From NCBI GenBank assembly GCA_038212275.1, contig JBBQUR010000002.1, positions 1 through 64,000 of the forward strand: DNA of 64,000 nt, written 5' to 3'. The stretch is from Planctomycetota bacterium. GTDB taxonomy: Bacteria > Planctomycetota > B15-G4. The translations under genes and the position numbers were made by a program. The notes beneath the pieces are model-generated. The model worked only from the letters and a program-made list of their open reading frames with translations. It had not been told where the DNA came from and made no database searches. Positions 50,624-59,955 of the stretch are shown here, piece by piece; the first letter of the stretch is position 1; every line of letters begins with the position of its first letter.

Positions 50624-52458
50624 CGCTCCAGCGCGCCGCGCACCCGGACCGGCACGGCCACGCGATCGAGCAGCTGGAGGTTCAGCGCCCGGCCGTCGCG
50701 GCCCGTGAGCAGCGGCGTCAACTCCGTGCCGTCCGCGGCGCGCACGCGCAGCAGCGCCGGGATGCCGCCCGACAGGCAGCGCTCGGCGCACGCGCGATGG
50801 CTCGTGCCCTCGGCCGGATTCATCACGCCGAAGTAGCACTTGCTGTCCACGATCTGCCCGACGAGTTCGACCTCGCCCAGCGCGACGAGGGCGCCATCGG
50901 CGGCCGCCGCAGCGCCCAGCTGCGCCTCGCTGGCCGGCACCGGGCGCTCCGCGAGTTCGAGCATGACCTGTCCGCCGCGATAGACGAGTGTGCCGTGCAG
51001 AGCGACGGCCTGCCCGTCGAGTCCTGCGCACAGGGCCTGCGCACCATGCTTGCCCGGCGCCACGAGCAGGTAGCGCGAGACCAGTTCGGCGGGTGCTCCG
51101 GGGCCGGACGAGCCCAGGTCCGTCACGCCGAGGCCGGGCCGGCGCACTTCGAGCAGGGGTTGCGGGCTCTCGTGCAGGACTCCTCTCCACGCGCCGACAT
51201 CCCCGAACTCGAAACGGCTCCCGCGGAACGGCCCCTGGCCCGCGAGCAGCAGCGCGCCGCCTCCCAGCATGACGAGCAGCACGCCGACGACGGCCCGCTG
51301 CACGAAGCGCACCAGGCGTGGCGGCACCGCCGGCAGGTAGCCGACGAAGAAGTCCTCGTCGGGCGCGGGCCTCTTCCCGGTCGCTTCGCCGTCGGCGATG
51401 ACGGGCAGCACCTGCAGCGTCCCGGGCGCGCAGGCCTGCGGGTCGAGCAGCACGCGCCCGCCACGCAGCGTCACGCGATACGTCGGCACGGCCTCCGTGA
51501 ACGGCGGCGGCGAACGGCCGCTCTCCGGCACGTACTGGTAGCCGTGCCACGGGCACACGATGCACCCGTCCTGGATGCGGCCCTCCCCGAGCGGCCCGTT
51601 CTGGTGCTGGCACGCATTGGACAGGGCGGCGACGCGCCCGCCGGTGCGGAAGAGCGCCACGCGCTCGCCGCCGACGTTCAGCACGCGGCCGCGCCCTTCG
51701 CGCAACTCGTCCACCGCGCAGACGTCGAGCAGCGCGCCGTCCGCCCCGCCCTGGCCCGCTGCGGCGGCCGAGGTCGCGGCGGAGTTCGAGGTCGCGTCCA
51801 CGCGGTGCTCCTTTGCGGCAGCGAGCAGGTGCAGCGCGCACAGCAGCACGACTCCTGCGCCCAGCACGAGCGCGAGCGGAGCGCCGACCTCGTCCTGCAG
51901 CACGCCGAGGCCCACGTGCACCAGCACGAGCCACCAGGCCAGATACACGGCCATGTGCAGCGCCTTCCACACGGGCGCCGTGAGATTCACCAGCCAGAAG
52001 TCGTGGCTCGTCGCGGCCATGAGGAACAGGATCAGCAGGGCTGCCGCGCCGAAGGGCTGGAAGGGCCACTCGGAGACGACCGACCAGCGTCCGCCCGTGG
52101 TGAGCAGCGAGACGAGCGGGTTGCTGTCCCCCAGCGCGTGGTACTGCAGCAGCGCGAAGCCGCCATGCAGCAGCGCGACGGCAAACATGGTGACGCCGAG
52201 GTGGCGCCGGTTGTAGAGCAGCGGCAGGAAACGGCGGTCGAGGCGGCACAGCGGCCCGATGGCGAGGATCACGTGCAGCAGGAGCAGCGCGCAGCTTCCC
52301 GCCGCACGGATGACCGCGGTCTCGAGCGTGACCGCGGGGTACAGGGCGAGCATGCCGCCCGCAAACAGGACGAGGTACGAGAGCGTGGCGCCGAGAAGCA
52401 CGCCGTCGTACAGGCGCTTGCTGCGATTCCAGCCGACGGCGCGATAGCCGACGCTCAC
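50560..52458 (-). CDS. Ferric-reductase-like TM domain + Rieske 2Fe-2S + Cys/His-rich C-terminal domain fusion
   Basis: LLYNRRHLGV, WKALHM, Rieske CQHQNGPL...CPWHG, then EDFFVGY, a TM and DSKCYFGVMNP...HRACAERCLSGGIP. GTG start overlaps the upstream stop. Confidence 0.85.
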   Translation of the reverse strand: MSVGYRAVGWNRSKRLYDGVLLGATLSYLVLFAGGMLALYPAVTLETAVIRAAGSCALLLLHVILAIGPLCRLDRRFLPLLYNRRHLGVTMFAVALLHGGFALLQYHALGDSNPLVSLLTTGGRWSVVSEWPFQPFGAAALLILFLMAATSHDFWLVNLTAPVWKALHMAVYLAWWLVLVHVGLGVLQDEVGAPLALVLGAGVVLLCALHLLAAAKEHRVDATSNSAATSAAAAGQGGADGALLDVCAVDELREGRGRVLNVGGERVALFRTGGRVAALSNACQHQNGPLGEGRIQDGCIVCPWHGYQYVPESGRSPPPFTEAVPTYRVTLRGGRVLLDPQACAPGTLQVLPVIADGEATGKRPAPDEDFFVGYLPAVPPRLVRFVQRAVVGVLLVMLGGGALLLAGQGPFRGSRFEFGDVGAWRGVLHESPQPLLEVRRPGLGVTDLGSSGPGAPAELVSRYLLVAPGKHGAQALCAGLDGQAVALHGTLVYRGGQVMLELAERPVPASEAQLGAAAAADGALVALGEVELVGQIVDSKCYFGVMNPAEGTSHRACAERCLSGGIPALLRVRAADGTELTPLLTGRDGRALNLQLLDRVAVPVRVRGALERQGELLLLRTEPADVVRLVPR

Positions 52459-52949
52459 CGCGCGCCTCCCGCAGCGGGCAGGGCCTCGCGCGCGAGCACC
52501 GTCTGGTGGCCGAGGCTGTAGAGCCACCATTCGTTCGCGTCGGCCGGCAGGGTCCAGCGTCGCGCCAACGTGCCCGAGAGCGCGCCCAGCAGGCGTGCAT
52601 CGGCCGGCAGCGCGGTGTCCGTCGTGCCCGCGCGAGCCGAAGCCTTCGACACGGCGTAGACGAGGACATCCGGCTCGAGCAGTGGTTCTTCGGGCTGTAA
52701 TTCCAGCAGGCGTGCACCGCCCGGGCCGTCCACCGACACCCGGACGGCCAGTTTCAGCGGCAGCAGCAGCGGAGCGCCGTCGAGATCCGCCACGGCGCCG
52801 AGGCCCGCGCGCACCTCCTGGGTGAGCGCCGGCGCCACCTCCGACGGACGCGCCGCGCGGACGCGCAGCGCGACGATCAGCACCACCGGCGCCAGCAGCG
52901 CGAGCATCCGCCAGACGATGAGGTGACGACGGCGCAGCCTGCCGATCAC
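52455..52949 (-). CDS. Hypothetical membrane-anchored protein (operon with Rieske fusion)
   Basis: LRRRHLIVW, TM, PDVLVY and LYSLGHQ; GTGA overlaps on both sides. Confidence 0.7.
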   Translation of the reverse strand: MIGRLRRRHLIVWRMLALLAPVVLIVALRVRAARPSEVAPALTQEVRAGLGAVADLDGAPLLLPLKLAVRVSVDGPGGARLLELQPEEPLLEPDVLVYAVSKASARAGTTDTALPADARLLGALSGTLARRWTLPADANEWWLYSLGHQTVLAREALPAAGGAR

Positions 52950-53176
52950 GCGTCGCGCCCGTGCGCAGGCTCGCGACCGCAGGCCCACCAGCGCCTGAGG
53001 AGCAGCGGCCACAGTGCCACGGCGCCCGGAAAGATCGCCGCGCGGAAGCCCGGCGTGCCGGTGTGTGCGGCCGGATCGATGCGTTGCGCGCCGCGCGTGA
53101 CGAAGGCCAGGGCAAACACCACGCCAAGCGCTGCATAGGCGCCCAACGCGACGACGATGTCAGCAGCCACGTTCAC
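52946..53176 (-). CDS. Small membrane protein
   Basis: YAALGVVFALAFV...RIDPAA...GFRAAIFPGAVALWP; translationally coupled to the next gene. Confidence 0.7.
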   Translation of the reverse strand: MNVAADIVVALGAYAALGVVFALAFVTRGAQRIDPAAHTGTPGFRAAIFPGAVALWPLLLRRWWACGREPAHGRDA

Positions 53177-53374
53177 GCGGATCGGATGCTCCGGGTCGTC
53201 AGGAGGTTACGCCTCCGAGGGCTTCCGAGGAATTGTCGCCGTGTCGTTTGAAGCGCGACCTGTGCACGGTGCGACGATCGACTTAGGCTGCGCGCGTTTC
53301 ACGATCGGGTTCCGCGCCTTCCTGCCGCCTCGACTCCGTCCGAGATCACCCGCACCATTGTCCCGGAGACTCCC

Positions 53375-54511
53375 ATGAAATACGCCCTCTCCCTGCTCCT
53401 CTGCCTTGCCCTCTTTGCGACGGAGGCCTCGGCGCAGACGACCTTCCGCGCCAACCTCGACGGCTTCCAGGAGACGCCGGCCATTCCGGGCACCAAGGCC
53501 GGCGGCTACGTGCTGCTCACGCTGAATCCCGCGGGCACGCTCACGTACGACCTGCGCACCTTCGGCCTCTCCGCCACCGCAGCGCACATCCACAAGGGCG
53601 CCGTCGGAGTGGCAGGCGGCATCGTCTTCCCGCTCACCGGCGGACCGACCGTCTTCACCGGCACGACCGCCGCGCTGACCGCGGCTCAGGAGGTCGACCT
53701 GCGCGCCGGCCTCTACTACGTGAACGTGCACACGGTCGACCACCCCGGCGGCGAGATCCGCGGCCAGGTGGCGCTGTCCCCGAACACCTTCGGCGCGCGC
53801 CTCGACAACCTGCAGGAAGTGCCCGCCAACGCGTCCCTGGCGCGGGGTCATGCGGTCTTCACCGTGAACCCCGACATGACGCTGACCTACCTGGTCACGA
53901 CGACGGGCCTCGTGGGCGGCACAAACGCTCACATCCATTCCGGAAGCTTCGGCAACGGAGGCGGCATCGAGGTGGTGCTGCTCGGCGGCCCGACGACCTG
54001 GTCCGGCACCTCACCAGCGCTCAGCGAGGGGCAGATCGAACTGCTGCAGAACCTCGGGCTTTACGTCAACGTGCACACGATCGGGAAGCCTGCCGGCGAG
54101 ATCCGCGGCCAGATCGTGCCGAGCGGCTCGATCTACGGGCCGAACAGCAACCCGCCCACGGGCACGATCGTCCTGGCCAGCACGGGCGCCCCGACCGACG
54201 TCGGCGGTGGCGGCACGTTCACGCTGAACATCACCGGCGGCAAGCCGTTCGGCTCCGGCAGCCTCGCGGTCAGCCTCGGGGATGCCGCGACGCTCATCCA
54301 CAGCGAGCCGCTGCTGGTCAACATCGGCTCGCTGCTGACGCTCATCGCGCTGCCGCTGGACGGAACTGGCAGCCTCACCATCCCGGCGACCACGCCGGCT
54401 CTGCCGGCGAGCATCGACATCGACTTGCAGTTCTTCGGCTTCGACAACACCGCGGTGAACGGGTCGTTCAACTCGTCCAACGGTCTGAAGATGACCATGC
54501 AGCACTTCTGA
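53375..54511 (+). CDS. Secreted protein with two CHRD domains plus divergent shared C-terminal domain
   Basis: Signal peptide ending ASA-Q; two copies of QE.P...AHIH...LY.NVHT...GEIRGQ; ends LQFFGFD...SSNGLKMTMQHF. Confidence 0.88.
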   Translation: MKYALSLLLCLALFATEASAQTTFRANLDGFQETPAIPGTKAGGYVLLTLNPAGTLTYDLRTFGLSATAAHIHKGAVGVAGGIVFPLTGGPTVFTGTTAALTAAQEVDLRAGLYYVNVHTVDHPGGEIRGQVALSPNTFGARLDNLQEVPANASLARGHAVFTVNPDMTLTYLVTTTGLVGGTNAHIHSGSFGNGGGIEVVLLGGPTTWSGTSPALSEGQIELLQNLGLYVNVHTIGKPAGEIRGQIVPSGSIYGPNSNPPTGTIVLASTGAPTDVGGGGTFTLNITGGKPFGSGSLAVSLGDAATLIHSEPLLVNIGSLLTLIALPLDGTGSLTIPATTPALPASIDIDLQFFGFDNTAVNGSFNSSNGLKMTMQHF

Positions 54512-54780
54512 GGCCGCGGAAGCTCGGCGGGGACTGCTCCGGAGTGCCCGGAAGCGCCGAGGCAGTCCCCGCAGCGCCCCCTGAACAACCGCCGGCAGCG
54601 CTTCCGGAGCCGGGTCGCACCTTTGCGGCGCGACGCCGGTTCAAGCACAGCGCGCGCGGAGGACGGGCAGCGACGATCTGCAACTCGTTTCGCACCCCCC
54701 CTCACCCGTCCTCCGCGCGACTCTTCGGTCACGCGCGCGCCGCTCTTCCATTGCGCTTTGCTTTTGCTAGAAACGGGGAC

Positions 54781-55644
54781 ATGAACGCACCTTCCAAGAT
54801 CCGCCTGTTGTTCGTCCCCGTTCTCCTCGCGCTGCTGACCGCACAAGCAACGGCGCTCTCCAACACGCAGAAGGGGAAGTCCAATCTCGTGCGCTTCGAT
54901 CCGGATGCGCCATTGGCGCTGCCGCCCGACACCGACGCGAAGGGCACGTTCCAGATCGAGACCAAGACGAGCACCGGCCGCGACCGGCTCACGGTCCTGG
55001 TCAAGAAGGTGAGTTCCACGCAGACCTACGACCTCTGGATGGAAGACCCCGAAGATCTCGGCGGCCCGCTCGTGAACGTGGGCACGCTGGTCAAGAGCGG
55101 CAGTTCACAGAAGCTGAAGCTCGACACCGACAAGGGCGACTCGCTCCCCTTCGGTGAGGACAGTTTCGACAACCTGATCGGCCTTCAGGTCGAGGTGCGC
55201 GTCGGCTCGGCCGTCTACCTGAGCTGCATCGTCCCGTCCTTCGACGGCGAGAAGAAGACGCTCAAGGCCAAGCAGGACCTCGGCTTGGCGCTGAACTCGC
55301 CCGACAGCAACGGCAAAGGCGAGTTCGAACTCTCGGGCAAGGCCAGCAACGACGACCAGCGCATCCGCGTGAAGGTCAAGGCGATCGACTTCGACAGCCA
55401 CACCTTTTCCCTTTGGATCCAGCACGACGCGGACAACGATCCCAAGTCGCCGGACATTTTCGAAATTGCCGGCGTGTTCACGCGCAAGAACAGCAACTCG
55501 GGCGAGTTCGAGCGCCGCACCAGCAAAGGCGCTCCGCTCCCCTTCGGCGACCTCTCGGCCGCAGACTTCTCCGGCCGCGTGATGGAGGTCCGCGACCAGA
55601 ACGATGTCGCGTACCTGAGCGGGCTGATTCCGCAGCTCAACTGA
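54781..55644 (+). CDS. Secreted hypothetical protein made of two homologous ~125-aa repeats
   Basis: Signal peptide; PD..(A/G)KG.F...LW...KG..LPFG...(V/M)EVR...YLS..(V/I)P occurs twice. Confidence 0.8.
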   Translation: MNAPSKIRLLFVPVLLALLTAQATALSNTQKGKSNLVRFDPDAPLALPPDTDAKGTFQIETKTSTGRDRLTVLVKKVSSTQTYDLWMEDPEDLGGPLVNVGTLVKSGSSQKLKLDTDKGDSLPFGEDSFDNLIGLQVEVRVGSAVYLSCIVPSFDGEKKTLKAKQDLGLALNSPDSNGKGEFELSGKASNDDQRIRVKVKAIDFDSHTFSLWIQHDADNDPKSPDIFEIAGVFTRKNSNSGEFERRTSKGAPLPFGDLSAADFSGRVMEVRDQNDVAYLSGLIPQLN

Positions 55645-55700
55645 CGAGGCGAGGGGCGGGCGCGGTTGAGGCGGGCGCGCTTCGGGCGCGGTTTCGCTGG

Positions 55701-55908
55701 GCCGGGCGCTGCCCCTTGGGGCGAGGTGAGAGGGAGTCGTGTGGAGCGGGGTGTGCGCGGCTCGGGAGGCTTGCCCGGCGCTGCGCCCCTTGGGCAACTG
55801 GACGCGTAAGGATTCCGGGAGCGGCGCCCTTCGCGCCGGACAAGACTCCCGATCCGCGCAAGCCGAGGTACGAGTCTCCGTGCCATGCGAAGCGGGGCAG
55901 CGCCCGGC
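55701..55908 (+). repeat. ~208-bp palindromic MITE/REPIN-like element, copy 1
   Basis: Termini GCCGGGCGCTGCCCC / GGGGCAGCGCCCGGC form a perfect IR; internal 28-bp IR with 3 mismatches. Confidence 0.8.
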
Positions 55909-56201
55909 TGACGCTGCACCGCGCGTGAAGTGCGTCCTTGGTTTGGAACGCATCCTCCGCAACCCGATAGCGGCGTGGCCGCAACGCGGTCAAGCAACGC
56001 GTGATCGTGGATAGAGGAAGGGCGGGCGGCGTGGCGCAACTCACGCGCTTCGCGGCCCCGCACGAGTCGGCAGCGCCCTCGCCACGAGGGGCTGTCGTCA
56101 TTCGCTCTTGGCTGCTGACCTTGCCACGGAGCACTCCGGGCGCGCTCGCAGTCCAAGCGTTCAACTTCTCCAAGCGTGGGACGGCGTCGTGGAGCGCGAG
56201 C

Positions 56202-56411
56202 GCCGGGGGTGCTGCCCACCTCGCCCGGCACGGAAGTCCGTGTCTCGGCGGCGCGGATCGGGATGCTTGTCCGGCGCGAAAGGCGCCGCTCCCGGAATTC
56301 TGACGCGTCCTGTTGCCCCAGGGGCGCAGCGCCGGGCAAGCCTCCTGAGCCGCGCACACCCCGCACCACACGACTCCCTCTCACCTCGCCCCAAGGGGCA
56401 GCACCCCCGGC
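56202..56411 (-). repeat. ~210-bp palindromic MITE/REPIN-like element, copy 2 (inverted)
   Basis: Its reverse complement is highly similar to copy 1; own terminal IR GCCGGGGGTGCTGCCC / GGGCAGCACCCCCGGC. Confidence 0.8.
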
Positions 56412-56456
56412 GCGGAAGCGGAACAAAGCCGCCCCCCGGCCTCGTCCCGTCCAGTC

Positions 56457-57374
56457 TCAGACCAGCAGCTTCTTCGTCCTGAAGTGCGTGCCGCCCTCGA
56501 GGAAGGCCACGCTGGCGACGACCTCGCCGTCCACCCACGCGAAGCAGGGGTCGGCCATCACGAAGCCCGGAGGCGTGCGCAGCGTCTGGCCGCGCACGAG
56601 GCGGTTGCGCTGGTGCAGCGGCACGTTGATGCGCGGCAGGTCGGCCATGGCCGGCTCGATGCCGATGATGTGCGATGCGTCCACCTCTTCGGGCAGCACG
56701 GCCGTGGACAGGTCGAGCGCGCCGACGTGCGTGCGCACGAGCCGCGACATGTAGCCGCCGATGCCGAGGCGATTGCCGAGATCGCGCGCGATGCCGCGGG
56801 CATAAGTGCCCGACGTGCAACGCAGGTGCAGGTCCAGCAGCGGCCACTCGTAGCGGTCGAGTCGCAGCTCCAGCACGGTGACCGGGCGCGGCGCGGCTTC
56901 CACAGGATTGCCCTTGCGCGCTTCGCGGTGCATGCGACGACCGTCCACCTTCACGGCGCTGTACGTGGGCGGAATCTGCATGATCTCGCCGCGGAACTCC
57001 GGCAGCGCGGCTTCGATCTGCTCACGCGTCGGCGGCGTCACCTCGCCGCTCGAGACGATCTCGCCCTCGGCGTCGTCGGTGTCGCTGCGCGCGCCCAGCG
57101 TGACGGTCATGTCGTAGACCTTCTCGCCGCGCACGATGAGGTCCTGCACCTTGCGCGCCTTGCCGACGACGAGGATCAGCACGCCCGTGGCAAGCGGGTC
57201 GAGGCTGCCGCAGTGCCCGAGCGCACCGAGGTTCAGCCGCTTCTCGACGATGTTGAGCGCCTTGCGCGAGGTCAGTCCCTGCGGCTTGTTGACCACGATG
57301 AGGCCGCGCGGAATGTCCTCCGCCTGCGCCTCGCCCGAGGACTGGGAATCAAAGTGCTGCGGGGCTTGTGACAT
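56457..57374 (-). CDS. truB: tRNA pseudouridine(55) synthase
   Basis: NKPQGLTS, GHCGSLDPLATGVL, QIPPTYSAVKVDG and CTSGTYAR. Confidence 0.95.
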   Translation of the reverse strand: MSQAPQHFDSQSSGEAQAEDIPRGLIVVNKPQGLTSRKALNIVEKRLNLGALGHCGSLDPLATGVLILVVGKARKVQDLIVRGEKVYDMTVTLGARSDTDDAEGEIVSSGEVTPPTREQIEAALPEFRGEIMQIPPTYSAVKVDGRRMHREARKGNPVEAAPRPVTVLELRLDRYEWPLLDLHLRCTSGTYARGIARDLGNRLGIGGYMSRLVRTHVGALDLSTAVLPEEVDASHIIGIEPAMADLPRINVPLHQRNRLVRGQTLRTPPGFVMADPCFAWVDGEVVASVAFLEGGTHFRTKKLLV

Positions 57375-57525
57375 GGGGCGGCGCTCGGCGGGTGCGGGCG
57401 GAGGGTCCTGCGCCCTCGACAGGTTGAGGGCACGCGTGAACCGGACGAGGATACCGGGCGGGCGCCGCCCGGCGCGAGGGGTTGCCCGCCGCGGCCGTTC
57501 TCGAGGAGTTCGTGCGGCTCTCGCA

Positions 57526-57648
57526 CGGTCCGGGCGCGGTCCGGGCGCGGTCCGGGCGCGGTCCGGGCGCGGTCCGGGCGCGGTGCGGGCGCGGTGCGGG
57601 CGCGGTCCGGGCGCGGTGCGGGCGCGGTGCGGGCGCGGTCCCCGGGCG
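57526..57648. repeat. Intergenic tandem repeat, ~11 x 11 bp
   Basis: CGGT(C/G)CGGGCG head to tail, upstream of truB. Confidence 0.93.
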
Positions 57649-57885
57649 CGGTGCCGGCACCATCCCCGCCGGACGCGCGCGACGGCCTGTACGCGCTGGC
57701 CGATCAGCCCGGTACGGAGCAGGGGACACGGCAGTCAAAGAGGCTCCGGCTCCGGGAGTGTGCGGGACCACCCCGACCGCAGAGCCGCCGTGCCGGGGTG
57801 GTCCAGGGACCCTTCTCCGGCACGGCGCGCTCCATGCGTGTGCCGCCGCCTCGCGGCGACGGCCCTCAGCCTCTGCCGGCGAGCC

Positions 57886-59769
57886 TCACTCCAGCATGTC
57901 CACGTGCACCAGCCGCAGGTGCTTCTCGTCGAACAGGCGCTGGGCGTGCAGGTTGAAGCTGTCGAGATCCTTGAGGTGGAACCACGAGTTGGCCCACGTG
58001 CCCGAGCGCGAGATGCCGATCCACTTGCGCTTGCCGCCCTCCACGTAGGTGGTGACGAAGACGAGCCGCTTGCCCTCGTCGTCGAAGAGCTGCTGGGCCT
58101 TGAGGCGGAACTGGTTCTCGTCCGGCGAGATCCACCAGCGGTTGGCCCACGTGCCCGAGCGCACGATGCCGAGCCAGCGGCGCTTGCCGCCCTCGATCCA
58201 CGTGCGCACGTGCACCAGGCGCCGCCCTTCGTCGTCGAAGAGCTTCTGCACGGCCTTGTTGAAGCTCGTCAGGTCGTTCTTGATGACGAGGCTGTTGGCC
58301 CAGTCTCCGCTGCGCGCGATGCCGACCCACTTGCGCTTGCTGCCTTCCGCGAACGTGGACGTGTGCACGAGGCGCAGCGCCTTGTCATCGAAGAACTGCT
58401 GCGCGGTCTTCTGGAAGTCCGCGAGGCTGTTGCTCACCCAGAAGCGGTTGGCCCAGTCGCCGGCGCGCGCGATGCCCGCCCAGCGCCGCGCACCGTTCTC
58501 CAGATAGGTGGTCACGCTGGTGAGCCGCCGGCCCTTCTTGTCGAACAGGTCCTGCGTCGTCTTCTCGAACGATGCCAGGTCCGGCGACACGATGAAGGAG
58601 TTGGCCCAGTCGCCGGCCATCGAGATGCCGATCGTCGGCACCGGCCAGCCGGGAGACGTGGACGCGGGCCAGATGGAGACCGAGTCCTTGCTGATGCCGT
58701 GTTGCGAGAGCGGGAACCACGGACCCTTGCCGCCCGGCGGCTTGAGCTTGCTGCGGTCCACCACCCACGCGCTGCGGAACGGCATCGGGCGCAGCGCGCT
58801 GTCGGAGGTGCGCCCCGCCTCGATGTGCGTGTGCGGGTTGGTGGCGCGGCCGGTGTTGCCGGCGCGCCCGAGGAACTGCCCCTCGAAGACGGGCTTGTCC
58901 TTCACCTGCAGCGACTTGTCCATCGAGTCGTGGCGGAAGTGGCAGTAGGTCACCTTCTCGGTGCCGTGGCGGATGACGAGGTGATTGCCGCTGCCGGGAT
59001 CGGGGGTCGGGTCGGGGAAGAGCAGGCTGCCGTCGGCGTCCTGCTTGATCGTGTTGTCCTTCAGGCCGTCGGACCAGCTGTCCACGAAGCCGTCGGCGAC
59101 CGCGCGGATCGGCTTGCCCCAGATGCGGTAGTCCTCGTTCTTCAGCTTGCTGCCGCCGGGGACCAGGCCGGACCACTTCTTCGTCTTGGCGTCCCAGCCG
59201 ACGACGCTGATGTCGTGCGCGAAGATCTGCGTGCCGCCGCCGCCGCCGTTGGCCCAGTGCACCGCGTCGGTCTGGTAGTACTCGTCGTCGCGCAGTTCCC
59301 CCGCCGCGTACGGGAAGCGGTACGCGCCGCCCGCCACCGGGCTCACGTGCTGCACCAGCGGCAGCGTCCGCGTCACCGGGTCGGCGTAGCTCTTGCATGT
59401 GACCTCGACCTTCACCTGCGTCGGCGCCGTGCCGGTGAGGAAGATCGCGTTGTTCACGAACTCCTTCACGTCGGGATCCGGGTCGATGTCCACGCGCCCG
59501 TTGGACCACTTGACCGTCTCGCCGGGGCTCAGGTCCAGGCCGCCGTCCAGGTTGACTCCCTCCATGTCCTTCGACGGCTGCGTGGAGCCCGGGAATGAGA
59601 ACTTGATCGCCTTCACCTTCACGGTGGAGTTGCCGGTGTTCTCCATGCGCAGGCGCAGCACGACCTTCATCATCGTCTTGCCGGACGCGGTGGTCGGCGC
59701 GAGCAACAGGTAGGTGGCCTTTCCGTTTTCGACGGGCTGGATCTCGAGCTGCAGGTTGGGAACGGCCAT
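57886..59769 (-). CDS. M23-family peptidase domain protein with C-terminal ~50-aa tandem repeats
   Basis: PIRAVADG, GNHLVIRHG, YCHF and GNTGRATNPHTH, then ~4.5 repeats of F...Q.LFD..G.RL..V.T..EG..R.W.GI.RSG.WAN. Confidence 0.82.
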   Translation of the reverse strand: MAVPNLQLEIQPVENGKATYLLLAPTTASGKTMMKVVLRLRMENTGNSTVKVKAIKFSFPGSTQPSKDMEGVNLDGGLDLSPGETVKWSNGRVDIDPDPDVKEFVNNAIFLTGTAPTQVKVEVTCKSYADPVTRTLPLVQHVSPVAGGAYRFPYAAGELRDDEYYQTDAVHWANGGGGGTQIFAHDISVVGWDAKTKKWSGLVPGGSKLKNEDYRIWGKPIRAVADGFVDSWSDGLKDNTIKQDADGSLLFPDPTPDPGSGNHLVIRHGTEKVTYCHFRHDSMDKSLQVKDKPVFEGQFLGRAGNTGRATNPHTHIEAGRTSDSALRPMPFRSAWVVDRSKLKPPGGKGPWFPLSQHGISKDSVSIWPASTSPGWPVPTIGISMAGDWANSFIVSPDLASFEKTTQDLFDKKGRRLTSVTTYLENGARRWAGIARAGDWANRFWVSNSLADFQKTAQQFFDDKALRLVHTSTFAEGSKRKWVGIARSGDWANSLVIKNDLTSFNKAVQKLFDDEGRRLVHVRTWIEGGKRRWLGIVRSGTWANRWWISPDENQFRLKAQQLFDDEGKRLVFVTTYVEGGKRKWIGISRSGTWANSWFHLKDLDSFNLHAQRLFDEKHLRLVHVDMLE

Positions 59770-59955
59770 GGACGACATGCCTCGCTGTGGGTGGGAATCG
59801 TGCGCGGCATGCGCACACGCTGGAATCGGCGTGCCGTCGCCGATGTGACAGCGCGGGCATCGAGAACGCGTGCCGTCACGAGCGGCTCCCGCTCCCGATG
59901 AAGAGGCGGCGGCTCGCAAGCCGTCGCCCCGCCACCATTTCCAGGAATCACCGCC

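Noticed and set aside
55215..56426. ORFs spanning the palindromic elements as a transposase
   Set aside because: No DDE or HUH motifs; their apparent repeats only mirror the DNA inverted repeat.
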